Positions 17,929-26,917 of a DNA stretch of 64,000 bases are shown here, in pieces (position 1 is the stretch's first letter; each line of letters starts with the position of its first letter). The DNA lies in NCBI GenBank assembly GCA_015232565.1, contig JADFZK010000001.1, positions 13,160-77,159 on the forward strand, read 5' to 3'. Source of the stretch: Candidatus Omnitrophota bacterium (GTDB taxonomy: Bacteria; Omnitrophota; Gorgyraeia; Zapsychrales; Fredricksoniimonadaceae). A model generated the notes under the pieces. The model did not search any database. It saw nothing but the letters and a program-made list of their open reading frames with translations, and had not been told where the DNA came from. The position numbers and the translations under genes are program-made.

Positions 17929-18959
17929 TGCGTTTGCCGGTTTTCAATCTAGCCCGGGCGGTGCCGGCTTCGCTGGTACTGGCGCTTATTGATCTGGTGG
18001 TTTTTATTCTGGCTTACCGGTCATTTAAAGAAGTTTCTTTAAGCCTGGTGGCGTCGCGGGCTTGTTCGATGAGTATTAATTACGTCTTTATAAAGAAGGC
18101 GGTGTATTTCTCCGGCCGCAAGAATTATTGGGTTTTTGGCAAGTATCTGTTGTCGGTTATTTTCTTCAGCCTGGTTTCGTACGCGGGAATGGTCTTGCTG
18201 ATGGAACAGCTGGCGGTCAGCGTGGTGGCCGCCAAGCTGATGGTAGAGACGGTGCTTTTCACGTTGACCTTTCTGGTCCAGCGGGACCTGGTGTTCGTTA
18301 CCGACGGAGCCCGGCAGAAGACGGATTGGGACCGGTATTACCAAAAGCCGTACCAGGCGGCCCGTTTTTCAAGGAGGATCACGCAAAAGCATATTCTGGG
18401 GAAGATCCGGAAGTATGCGCCCAAGGACCCGTCGGGGCTTGCGATAATTGAACTGGGAGGGGCGAACAGCTGTTTTATTGACAGTATCCTTAAGGCCATT
18501 CGCCCGCGCGAGTACCATGTGGTCGACAATAACGCGGTGGGACTATTGAAACTTAAAGAGCGTACGGCAGGTTTGAGCAATGTGTTCTTGTATCATCAGG
18601 ATGTCCTGACGTTCCAGGCGCCCAAAAAGCTGGACCTGGCTTTTAGTACCGGCTTGATCGAGCATTTTAGTGCCAAAGATGTTGAGCGGGTTGTAAAAGC
18701 CCATTTTTCTGCAGTTAAGCCCGGCGGGGTGGTTTTGTTGACTTTTCCCCGGGCTACCTGGCTTTATCAGCTCACGCGTTTCTGGGCGGTATTGTTCCGG
18801 TTATGGATATTCACCGATGAGAAGCCTTTGGATAAAGAAGAGATCCTGTCCTTGCTGAGCGAACAGGGCGAGATCTTGTACGCTACCACCATATGGCCGA
18901 TATTTTTAACTCAAATGCTGGTGGTCATCAGGAAAACAGCCTATGATGCTGAGGTGTAA
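17925..18959 (+). CDS. Fusion protein: GtrA-family membrane domain plus class I SAM-dependent methyltransferase
   Basis: ATGA overlap with the upstream gene. The N-terminal roughly 120 aa carry four transmembrane helices with the GtrA signature SMSINYVFIKKAVYF. The C-terminal part has IELGGANSCF, LDLAFSTGLIEHF and KPGGVVLLTFP. Confidence 0.8.
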   Translation: MMRLPVFNLARAVPASLVLALIDLVVFILAYRSFKEVSLSLVASRACSMSINYVFIKKAVYFSGRKNYWVFGKYLLSVIFFSLVSYAGMVLLMEQLAVSVVAAKLMVETVLFTLTFLVQRDLVFVTDGARQKTDWDRYYQKPYQAARFSRRITQKHILGKIRKYAPKDPSGLAIIELGGANSCFIDSILKAIRPREYHVVDNNAVGLLKLKERTAGLSNVFLYHQDVLTFQAPKKLDLAFSTGLIEHFSAKDVERVVKAHFSAVKPGGVVLLTFPRATWLYQLTRFWAVLFRLWIFTDEKPLDKEEILSLLSEQGEILYATTIWPIFLTQMLVVIRKTAYDAEV

Positions 18960-18967
18960 GGATTGGA

Positions 18968-19684
18968 TCAGAATACTGCCGGCGGGATCTGGTCCAGAGG
19001 AATGCCAGCGGGTGGTTCCTGGGGGCATTGACCCAGCTTGAAGCAACAGGCAAGCGCGATAGCCAGGGCTTGTTTCTGGGCGAACTGGATGTTCTGAAAG
19101 AGTTTCTCGGCCTGGGTGTCGGTGGTGGTGTCACGGCCGGAGAATATTTGCTGGTAGGTACGCGAGGTCAGCATATATTTAACGCTGGCCAGGGGGTCGA
19201 GCTTAACGGCGTCGCTCATCAGCATATACGAACGTTCATAATCATGGGTTTGATAAAGGGTGAGGCCGAGGTTAAATTTCGACCAGAACAGGGCGGGGTT
19301 TAAATAATAAGCTTTCTGAAAGTTTTCGGCGGCGGCAGCCGGGTTGCCTGAATGGTATTCACAGACACCGTTAAAGGTGTAAGCTTCGGGAATTTTGGGC
19401 ATTGCCGTAACCAGGTTCTGATAGTATGATCTGTATTCCTGCCATTCGGCGGCGGTGACTGCCCGGCGGGAAAACAACAGCTCCTGGAGCGCAGTAAAGC
19501 CGGGCATATTGAAATTCAGGCTGGTGATCTCGGCATTCTTTTTGGTCAGGGCGCGTTGATGCGCGATCCTGGCTAAAGGTGCGGAGGTGCTGTCTTTGGC
19601 AGTGTGATCCACGCACCACAAAAGTATTAAAGCCAGGGAAAAGAAGGCGGCGGTCAGCAGGGAGTATTTTTTTATTGGGCGCAT
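18968..19684 (-). CDS. Secreted TPR-like repeat protein
   Basis: Signal peptide MRPIKKYSLLTAAFFSLALILLWC, and helical repeats of the form AAENFQKAYYLNPALFWSKFNLGLTLYQTHDYERSY. It is the only minus-strand gene in the island. Confidence 0.7.
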   Translation of the reverse strand: MRPIKKYSLLTAAFFSLALILLWCVDHTAKDSTSAPLARIAHQRALTKKNAEITSLNFNMPGFTALQELLFSRRAVTAAEWQEYRSYYQNLVTAMPKIPEAYTFNGVCEYHSGNPAAAAENFQKAYYLNPALFWSKFNLGLTLYQTHDYERSYMLMSDAVKLDPLASVKYMLTSRTYQQIFSGRDTTTDTQAEKLFQNIQFAQKQALAIALACCFKLGQCPQEPPAGIPLDQIPPAVF

Positions 19685-19698
19685 GGGTGAATTATACT

Positions 19699-21120
19699 AT
19701 GTTTAAAATCAATAGGAACAGTTTCTTTACCGGCTTTTCTCCGGTCTGGGCGGCCATTTTGCTTAGTGCGCTCTATTGGCTGTACCTTATGCCCATCACC
19801 TTTCCCTTAATGGTCAATGATTCTTTGGGGTATCGGGATTTGGGCCAGCGGATAATGTCGCATGGCGTGTTCTCTTATTTGAATGGCGGAGTGAATCGGG
19901 AACCGCTTTATCCTTGTTTCCTGGCGCTGGCTATGTGGCTGGGGAAGCTGGTTCGCATGGATTATCAGCTCGTGCAGTATGTTATGCAATTTACCCTGCT
20001 TTTGGCGACCCAGTTCATTATGGTGGAAGTTCTGCGGTGGTTAAAGATCAATAAATGGATCATTGCCGGCACGGTGCTTTATTTTGGTTTCTCCCCGGCG
20101 GTAATTGGCGCCGCGGCCAGCGGATGGTCGGAGGTGCTTACCTTTCCCCTGGGTATCGGGGTCATTTTTATATTGTGCCAGTTTTGGGAAGCTCTGGCGC
20201 CGGACGGGAAGCACAGATTCAAGCTTGCGGTTACCGCGGCGGCGCTTTGCTTTATTATGTGCCTGGTGAAAAGTGTATTTGAATATGTAGCGATCTTGCT
20301 GGTGGTCCTGTTGTTCGTCCTGGCTTTTCTGGCTTTGGACCGCAAGAGATATCTGGCGCCATTGATCGTTTTCACGCTGGTCCTTTTTGGCGGGATACTT
20401 TCTTATAAAACGGCCAGTTATTTTGCTAATGGAGAGTTTACACTGAGTCAGCAGAGTGCGTTTGGCAAGTACGCGTTCTATGCCAGCACGGTTAGCAAAA
20501 CGCGACCGTTCACCATGAAAGATGTTAAATCGGGTTTACTGAATGCTACCGGTGGTTCGCTGTGCGACCGCTGGGATCCGGAGGGTTGCGCCAGATGGAA
20601 ATTGACCGTGGTCGACGGGATAGCTTTAGAAAAGCAGAAAGAATTGGCCGGCCGTAAGGATAAAGAAAGCGTGCTGGGCGGATTGATCGTCCAGAACCTG
20701 ACCGCGCATCCCTTCCGGTTTGCGGCGTTATATGGCACTGAACTGATCGGGATGTTCTTTTGGGAGTCGTCCCGCGAGGGTTTTGTGGTGTTCCCGGCAT
20801 TGGTGGTTCGCATTTTGAAGAATCCTTTCTGGGAGGTGTGGATCATTTATATCGTCGGGATCCTGACCTTGAGCGCGGTTGCCCTGGGGGCGGGTTATTG
20901 TTGGCGTCGTTTCTCAAAAGTGAGCTTGCTTCAGGACCGGGCCTTTATATTTCTGGTATTTTCCGGGCTGGTCGTGTTTTCTTTTCTGGGGGGTACGGCC
21001 TTGATATTCTTGCTTAAAAGATATGTGTATCCGTTCGTTCCCGTGTATCTGGTGATCATCGGGTGGGCCATTCAGCAGGTTTTCCTACAAAAGGCGGGAT
21101 ATGGATCTGAAACCAAATAA
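19699..21120 (+). CDS. GT-C family membrane glycosyltransferase (PMT_2/ArnT-like)
   Basis: Start taken at the internal Met MFKINRN.... The longer ORF-track start would overlap the TPR gene. It has about 11 transmembrane helices and an N-terminal loop NDSLGYRDLGQRI...NREPLYP. TATACT lies directly upstream of the ATG. Confidence 0.8.
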   Translation: MFKINRNSFFTGFSPVWAAILLSALYWLYLMPITFPLMVNDSLGYRDLGQRIMSHGVFSYLNGGVNREPLYPCFLALAMWLGKLVRMDYQLVQYVMQFTLLLATQFIMVEVLRWLKINKWIIAGTVLYFGFSPAVIGAAASGWSEVLTFPLGIGVIFILCQFWEALAPDGKHRFKLAVTAAALCFIMCLVKSVFEYVAILLVVLLFVLAFLALDRKRYLAPLIVFTLVLFGGILSYKTASYFANGEFTLSQQSAFGKYAFYASTVSKTRPFTMKDVKSGLLNATGGSLCDRWDPEGCARWKLTVVDGIALEKQKELAGRKDKESVLGGLIVQNLTAHPFRFAALYGTELIGMFFWESSREGFVVFPALVVRILKNPFWEVWIIYIVGILTLSAVALGAGYCWRRFSKVSLLQDRAFIFLVFSGLVVFSFLGGTALIFLLKRYVYPFVPVYLVIIGWAIQQVFLQKAGYGSETK

Positions 21121-22093
21121 AGCGCCGTTGATCTCGGTGGTGTTTTCTTTTCGTAACGAGGCTTTGGGCATTGCCGAACTGGTTAAACGCTGCCGCAAGG
21201 TAATGGCGGAGTTGCGTTCCCGGGGCAGGATCAGTAATCATGAACTGATCTTTGTTAATGACGCTTCCACGGACAATTCGGTTTTTATTCTGATGGAGCT
21301 GGCCGCGGAATTGCATGATATACGGATCCTGAACATGTCCCGTAATTTCGGGGTGGCTCCGTGTGTAATGGCCGGGCTGGCTTATGCCCGGGGCGAGGTC
21401 GTGGTGTATATGGACGCCGACCTGCAGGATCCGCCGGAGATCATTCCCGAGATGCTGGCGGCCTGGCAGGCGGGTGGTGTGGATGTGGTACATACCGTGC
21501 GGCGCTCGCGGCAGGGTGAGCCGGCCTTGAAGTTATGGGTGACGGGGATAGGTTATGCGATATTGAATCGTTATTGCGCGGTCAAGATCCCGAAGGAAGC
21601 CGGGGATTTCAAACTGCTTTCGCGCCGGGTGGTGGATCATTTGTTGACGCTTAAAGAGCAGAATCCTTTTATGCGCGGGCTGGTGTCCTGGGTGGGGTTC
21701 CGGCAGGTCTTTATTTCGTACGACCGCGCGGCCCGTTTTAGCGGCGCCAGCAAATTCTTCGTGCTGAGCCGTAAAGTTATCAGCAACTTTTTTAATTCGG
21801 CTATTGTGAACTTCTCGGCGGTACCCTTGCAGATCGCTTCTTACCTGGGGCTCACGGCGATCTTTGTTGACCTTTTCTTTATCGGGCATGTCTTGATCGA
21901 AAAATTAGCGGGACGTGCTATTCCCGGCTGGACGGCCATTATGACCATAGTGTTATTCATCGGCGGGATACAGCTTTTCTGTGTGGGCATGATCGGGCTG
22001 TATTTGAATGCCGTGCATGAACAGTCCAAGATGCGGCCGCGGTATATTGTTGAGTCAACGTATGGCTTTCCCGGGGAGAATGGCGGTGCGTAA
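21101..22093 (+). CDS. GT2 polyprenyl-phosphate sugar synthase (ArnC/DPM1/GtrB-like)
   Basis: Motifs ISVVFSFRNE, VNDASTDNS and DADLQDPPEIIPEML, followed by two C-terminal transmembrane helices as in ArnC and GtrB. Confidence 0.85.
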   Translation: MDLKPNKAPLISVVFSFRNEALGIAELVKRCRKVMAELRSRGRISNHELIFVNDASTDNSVFILMELAAELHDIRILNMSRNFGVAPCVMAGLAYARGEVVVYMDADLQDPPEIIPEMLAAWQAGGVDVVHTVRRSRQGEPALKLWVTGIGYAILNRYCAVKIPKEAGDFKLLSRRVVDHLLTLKEQNPFMRGLVSWVGFRQVFISYDRAARFSGASKFFVLSRKVISNFFNSAIVNFSAVPLQIASYLGLTAIFVDLFFIGHVLIEKLAGRAIPGWTAIMTIVLFIGGIQLFCVGMIGLYLNAVHEQSKMRPRYIVESTYGFPGENGGA

Positions 22094-23114
22094 CCGGTAT
22101 TTATTATTGAAGGCCAAGCTTTTGGCCCATGCCATCTGGACCGGCAAGCTCTCCTTGCGCAAGGTCATTAATGTCCTGGTTTGCAGTGCGGCGTTCACTC
22201 TGCGTCGGACGCGCTCCGGTGCGGCGCCTTTTATCCTGAGCCTGGAGGTCGGCAATGAGTGCAATGCCAATTGCCTTTTTTGCCGGGACGCCAAAGGCCG
22301 GATCTATGATACCGATCCTAAAGCTTTGCCCCTGGGCGGTATAAGTAAGGGCGTGATGCCCTTTGAAATGGCGGCCGATCTTATCCGGCAATGCTCAAAA
22401 GATTCTTTAATAGCGGTCTTATATACCAACGGCGAGCCCTTGCTTTACAAGGATCTGCCGCGGCTTATCCAGGCTTGTTCCCGGGTGAGATTGCTTTCCA
22501 TGATCGCGACCAACGGGCTTTTGCTGAACGAGAAGAACATTACGGAAATGCTCTCGGCCGGGATCGATTTTATTAAAGTGCAAATGAGCGGTTTTACCCA
22601 GGACGTTTATGCCGTGCAGGTACGCTTTGGCAATGTGGAGCGGCTCAAAGATAATATCCGGCTGTTGGCCCGCAAGCGGGATGAAATGAAATGCCCCACG
22701 GTGTTGATGCTGGACTTTATTGCGTACAGTTACAATTCTCATCAATTGCCCGACGTGCGGGCTTTTTGCCGTGAGCTGGGAGTGTCGCTTAATATCCGTC
22801 CCGGGAATCCGCGCGGAGGCCTGGAGGGCCGGGAGCCGGAGCTTTCGGCGGAGGCTTTGCCTTTGCCGGGCGGCTGTGACTGGCCTTGGAAAGGCCTGCA
22901 GGTTAATTTTAATGGTGAGGTCTTAATGTGTTGCGACGGAGTGACCTTTAGCGGCAGCCAGCCCTATGCCGTGTTCCGTCCCGGTGATCCGGTGGCGGTT
23001 ATCTGGAACGGAGCAAAGGCGCGCCAGGCACGGGCAACGCTGGCCACTCAAGGCCGCGGAGCCATTCCCATCTGCGCCCAGTGTTACCGCAAAGACCTGG
23101 CCTTCAAATGGTAG
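22080..23114 (+). CDS. Radical SAM protein with a C-terminal SPASM/twitch-like cysteine cluster
   Basis: CNANCLFC (CxxxCxxC) near the N-terminus. C-terminal cysteines MCCDGVTFSG...CAQCYRK. GGGGAGA ribosome-binding site before the ATG at 22080. Confidence 0.8.
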   Translation: MAVRNRYLLLKAKLLAHAIWTGKLSLRKVINVLVCSAAFTLRRTRSGAAPFILSLEVGNECNANCLFCRDAKGRIYDTDPKALPLGGISKGVMPFEMAADLIRQCSKDSLIAVLYTNGEPLLYKDLPRLIQACSRVRLLSMIATNGLLLNEKNITEMLSAGIDFIKVQMSGFTQDVYAVQVRFGNVERLKDNIRLLARKRDEMKCPTVLMLDFIAYSYNSHQLPDVRAFCRELGVSLNIRPGNPRGGLEGREPELSAEALPLPGGCDWPWKGLQVNFNGEVLMCCDGVTFSGSQPYAVFRPGDPVAVIWNGAKARQARATLATQGRGAIPICAQCYRKDLAFKW

Positions 23115-23202
23115 TTCTCACTGAGCCTGTCGAAGTTTCTTTTGATCTTTTATTCCTCTTTAGATGGAAAATAGCGTTAGATCTACTACACAAGAGATCG
23201 CT

Positions 23203-24891
23203 ATGATCAAGAAATACGGGTTCCTTCTGGTGCTTCCTTTTATAGCCGCGCTGGTTACCCTGGCGGTTAAGTTCTCGCTGGGGCCGTATTGGTTGGGCCG
23301 TACTAGTGATCCGGCTTATTTCCATTTGGTGCAAAGCTTGTATTTGTTTAAAGGTGTGGCTCCGTTCCACATTGTGCATCCCGCCGCGCCATTGATGGCG
23401 CTGATCGTGCTGGTGGTCAAGCTTTTTAATCCCTGGGCACCGGTACCGGAACTTTTGGCCCAGGCCTTAAGCAACCCGGAGTTTTACTTAAACAGTGTTT
23501 ACTGGGTTCTTTTTACGGCCAGCTTTTTATCCTTTATTCTGGTGGGTGTGTATGCGTTTCGGCGTACTGCCAGCCGGACTTTTGCCTTGTTCTTTCAGGT
23601 GCCGGCCTTCTTGTACTTGGCTTTGCCGGGCCATGGCTGGTTCATCCTGGCCAGTGTTACGGCAGAAATGGGGTTGGTGCCGGCCATTAATTTGTTTTTT
23701 ATGTGTCTTATAAAAATTTATGCGAATCATAAAGCTGCAGCCAGTTTACGGAGCGCTTTGCTGTTTGCCCTGGCGTGCGCGTTCGGGCTGGCGCTGAAAA
23801 TTACGTTCCTGGCGGCGTTGATCGTGCCATTGTTCTTGCTTAAGGGCCGTAAAGTGCAATGCTTCTTTGTTGGGTCTGTCGCTGTTCTATTTGGGTTGTT
23901 CCTGTTCCCGGTATGGGGCCGTATGGAGTTGATAGTCTGGACGGTGGTCGGGCTGGTGACCTCTAGCGGGCCGTTGGGGTCGGGGACGCATAACGGTTTT
24001 ATTGCCTGGGACGGCATGTGGAATAACGCCGGGGTCCTGTTCCGGGATCAGTGGGCGGTTTGCGCGGTCTTTGTGGTCGGAGCTCTGTGGTCCGGGTGGA
24101 GATTGGCCCGGCGATCCGGAAGCCGGGAAGAGCGCATTATTTTGGTTCTGTGCCTGGCGGCGGGCGTGCATTTTCTGATGATAATAAAACATGGCACCTA
24201 TCGGTATTTTCAACTCGATCTGGCTTTGGCGGGAGCAGTGATGGCGTTTCTTACCCGGTCGCTGGCGGCCGCCGGATGGTGGCGGGTGCGCTGGTCGGCT
24301 ATTTTGCTGGTGGTTGTGGTGTTGCTGTCCGGCGTGCAGGGCGTGGGCCAGGCTTATGACCTTAACGGCTGGAGAAAGAAGAAGCTGGAATTTCTCGAGC
24401 GGATAAGAGCCAGGTATCCGCAGGATGTTATTTTGGGGTATTATCCTTCTTCCGGCCAGGGGAATGCCTTGTTTGTTGCCAATGATATTCGTAACGGCCG
24501 GGTGCTGGGAGATGAACTGAACCGGCTTTATCCCGGGCGGTTCTTTTTTGCCAGCTGGAACTATAGGGTAAGTGATTTCAAGGATGTGGTTTATTTGTCT
24601 GATATCCAGAAGTTGTCCGCGGGCGTTTATTTCCAGGGAGATTGTGCATTCCGTTTTGAGCAAGGCCCGTATCGGGTGACCCGGGTTGAGGAAGATGACG
24701 GCGAATGCCTTTTTCGCCTGGACAGTTCGCTGGAGCCTCGGGCGCTGGCCGAATGGTCGCGGGCCAAGACGGCCTGGAATCGGGACGATTTCTCCGGCGC
24801 CTGTCTGGCCGCGAAGAAAAGCCTGGCGTCCCGGTTTTATCCTCCGGCCCTGCCTCGGCAAATGATCCGCAGGGCGTGCGGCCAGAAATGA
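23203..24891 (+). CDS. Polytopic membrane protein, possibly a GT-C-like glycosyltransferase
   Basis: More than 12 predicted transmembrane helices and a soluble C-terminal domain of about 190 aa. The start may be at 23164 or 23203. Confidence 0.65.
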   Translation: MIKKYGFLLVLPFIAALVTLAVKFSLGPYWLGRTSDPAYFHLVQSLYLFKGVAPFHIVHPAAPLMALIVLVVKLFNPWAPVPELLAQALSNPEFYLNSVYWVLFTASFLSFILVGVYAFRRTASRTFALFFQVPAFLYLALPGHGWFILASVTAEMGLVPAINLFFMCLIKIYANHKAAASLRSALLFALACAFGLALKITFLAALIVPLFLLKGRKVQCFFVGSVAVLFGLFLFPVWGRMELIVWTVVGLVTSSGPLGSGTHNGFIAWDGMWNNAGVLFRDQWAVCAVFVVGALWSGWRLARRSGSREERIILVLCLAAGVHFLMIIKHGTYRYFQLDLALAGAVMAFLTRSLAAAGWWRVRWSAILLVVVVLLSGVQGVGQAYDLNGWRKKKLEFLERIRARYPQDVILGYYPSSGQGNALFVANDIRNGRVLGDELNRLYPGRFFFASWNYRVSDFKDVVYLSDIQKLSAGVYFQGDCAFRFEQGPYRVTRVEEDDGECLFRLDSSLEPRALAEWSRAKTAWNRDDFSGACLAAKKSLASRFYPPALPRQMIRRACGQK

Positions 24892-24902
24892 TTGATCAGC
24901 GC

Positions 24903-24932
24903 TTGCGGCATAAAGTATATTCTGTGATATAA
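24903..24932 (+). promoter_or_regulatory. Candidate promoter for metF (TTGCGG-N18-TATAAT)
   Basis: TATAAT at 24927-24932, with the ATG 10 nt downstream and no Shine-Dalgarno sequence. Confidence 0.35.
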
Positions 24933-24942
24933 TCGCGCCATT

Positions 24943-25824
24943 ATGAAAAAACTCACCGAAATATTCCAGGACCGGCCCAGAACCTTTTCATTCGAGGTCT
25001 TTCCGCCCAAGACTGACAAGGGCCGGGAGGCGCTGGAAGCCGCTTTGGTAGAGCTGGCGGGTTTGCCTTTTGATTTTATGTCGGTGACTTATGGCGCGGG
25101 CGGTTCCAGCCGGGATACTACGTCTTCCCTGGTGCGGGCGATACAGGATAAATTCAGTTTGCCGGCGGTACATCATTTCACTTGTGTCTTGCATACGCGG
25201 GCCCAGGTTAAGGCTATCCTGGATGACCTTAAGTCTTCGGGCGTCCGTAATTTGCTGGCCCTGCGCGGTGATCCGCCCCGGGATGAGCCGGACTGGGTAC
25301 CCGGGCCGGAGAACTTTAAATACAGCTCGGAACTGGTGGCGTTTATCCGTCAGCATTACGGGGATCATTTTGCGGTCGGAGTGGCCGGTTTTCCGGAAGG
25401 GCATTTGCTGGCGCCGGATAAAAGTTTCGATGCCGGGATCCTGAAAAAGAAGATAGCCGCCGGCGGAGATTTTGTGATGACCCAGTTATTTTTTGATAAT
25501 GCTCTTTATTTCGATTATGTCAAGCGTTTGCGCGCTCTGGGAGTGGAGGCACGGGTGATCCCGGGTGTTTTGCCCATTACCAATTATGAAGGCGCGGTAA
25601 ATTTTTGTAAAAGTTGCGGCGCGTCGGTGCCGGACGCAGTGCACCGGATATTTGCGCCGCTGGCCGGGGACAAGGATCAAACCCTGGCCGCCGGAACCAG
25701 TTATGCCATTAAGCAGTGCCGTGAGTTATTAGCGGGCGGGGCGCCGGGCATTCATTTTTACACTTTAAACAAGGTGGAGCCGGTGCGGACGATCATTCAG
25801 GAATTAATGCGGAGTCTTACATGA
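24943..25824 (+). CDS. metF: Methylenetetrahydrofolate reductase
   Basis: FSFEVFPPKT...MSVTYGAGGS and a length of 293 aa. Confidence 0.9.
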   Translation: MKKLTEIFQDRPRTFSFEVFPPKTDKGREALEAALVELAGLPFDFMSVTYGAGGSSRDTTSSLVRAIQDKFSLPAVHHFTCVLHTRAQVKAILDDLKSSGVRNLLALRGDPPRDEPDWVPGPENFKYSSELVAFIRQHYGDHFAVGVAGFPEGHLLAPDKSFDAGILKKKIAAGGDFVMTQLFFDNALYFDYVKRLRALGVEARVIPGVLPITNYEGAVNFCKSCGASVPDAVHRIFAPLAGDKDQTLAAGTSYAIKQCRELLAGGAPGIHFYTLNKVEPVRTIIQELMRSLT

Positions 25825-26810
25825 AGAGCCGGGCACAAAACATTTTAATTACCGGCGGGGCGGGGTATATAGGGTCGCATATGGTGCGGCTTTTACTCGA
25901 GCAAGGTTTTAAACCGGTAGTTTTCGATAACCTTTCCACCGGGCATAAGGAGTTTATCCCCAAGGGTGTCCCTTTGGTCAAGGGGGATTTGCGTGATCCA
26001 GCGGCGGTGCGGAGAGCTTTCCGAAGATATCCCGTCAGCGCGGTGGTGCATTTTGCCGCGGCTATTGTGGTGCCGGAGTCGGTAGCGGAGCCTTTGAACT
26101 ATTACGAGAACAATGTGAGCGCCACGGTTAATCTGCTGAAAGGTATGAAAGAGGCGGGAGTGCGGCGGATAGTGTTTTCGTCGAGCGCTTGTGTATATGG
26201 CAATCCGCTGAAAAGTCCGATATTAGAGAATGAGCCGCTTAAGATCGAGAATCCGTATGGCGCTACCAAGGTGATGGTCGAGCAGATCCTGGGCGATCTG
26301 GCCCGGGCGGGGTGCATTGATTTTATTGCTTTAAGGTATTTTAATGTGGCCGGAGCTCATTCCCAGGGCGGGATAGGTATCAAGATGGCCAAGCCAACGC
26401 ATCTTATCCCTAATGTAATGCGGGTGGCTTGCGGCCTGAAGAAGGAATTGGCGGTTTTCGGTGATGATTACCCCACCAAAGACGGCACTTGCGTCCGGGA
26501 TTATGTTCATGTGGTCGATTTGGTCGAAGCGCATCTTTTGGCATTGAGAGCTTTGGCTAAGGGTAAAGTTAAGAATGAAGTCATTAATCTGGGCAATGGC
26601 CGCGGTTTTTCGGTAAAAGAGGTTATTGAAGCGGCGGTTAAAGTTACCGGACGTCCGGTGCCGCATAAGGTCTTGCCGCGCCGTCCAGGCGATTCGGTTA
26701 ATGTGGTGGCGTCCTACGCCAAAGCCCGGCGCCTGCTGGGCTGGAAGCCACAGCGCGGGCTGGACACGATCCTGTCTTCTGCCTACCAGTGGGAATGTGC
26801 CGGCTCCTGA
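25821..26810 (+). CDS. galE: UDP-glucose 4-epimerase
   Basis: ILITGGAGYIGSH, YGATK and RYFNVAGAH. ATGA overlap with metF. Confidence 0.9.
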   Translation: MKSRAQNILITGGAGYIGSHMVRLLLEQGFKPVVFDNLSTGHKEFIPKGVPLVKGDLRDPAAVRRAFRRYPVSAVVHFAAAIVVPESVAEPLNYYENNVSATVNLLKGMKEAGVRRIVFSSSACVYGNPLKSPILENEPLKIENPYGATKVMVEQILGDLARAGCIDFIALRYFNVAGAHSQGGIGIKMAKPTHLIPNVMRVACGLKKELAVFGDDYPTKDGTCVRDYVHVVDLVEAHLLALRALAKGKVKNEVINLGNGRGFSVKEVIEAAVKVTGRPVPHKVLPRRPGDSVNVVASYAKARRLLGWKPQRGLDTILSSAYQWECAGS

Positions 26811-26819
26811 TATATTCGA

Positions 26820-26847
26820 TTGACAAATATTCTCCAATAAATATAAT
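26820..26847 (+). promoter_or_regulatory. Consensus sigma70 promoter TTGACA-N16-TATAAT
   Basis: TTGACA at 26820-26825 and TATAAT at 26842-26847, upstream of the wHTH regulator gene. Confidence 0.6.
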
Positions 26848-26848
26848 T

Positions 26849-26863
26849 GTTCATTAAATGAAC
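26849..26863. promoter_or_regulatory. 7-1-7 palindrome GTTCATTaAATGAAC at the predicted transcription start. Candidate operator.
   Basis: Read directly. It lies immediately 3' of the -10 hexamer. Confidence 0.4.
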
Positions 26864-26917
26864 GGTCGGCTATTTCCGGTATCGAACTCTATCTATTTGA
26901 ACGGGTTGAAATAAGCC

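Noticed and set aside
19579-19698. Longer start for the second GT-C gene (MRRCCLWQCDPRTT...)
   Set aside because: It would overlap about 100 nt of the divergent TPR gene. The internal Met at 19699 gives a normal hydrophobic N-terminus.
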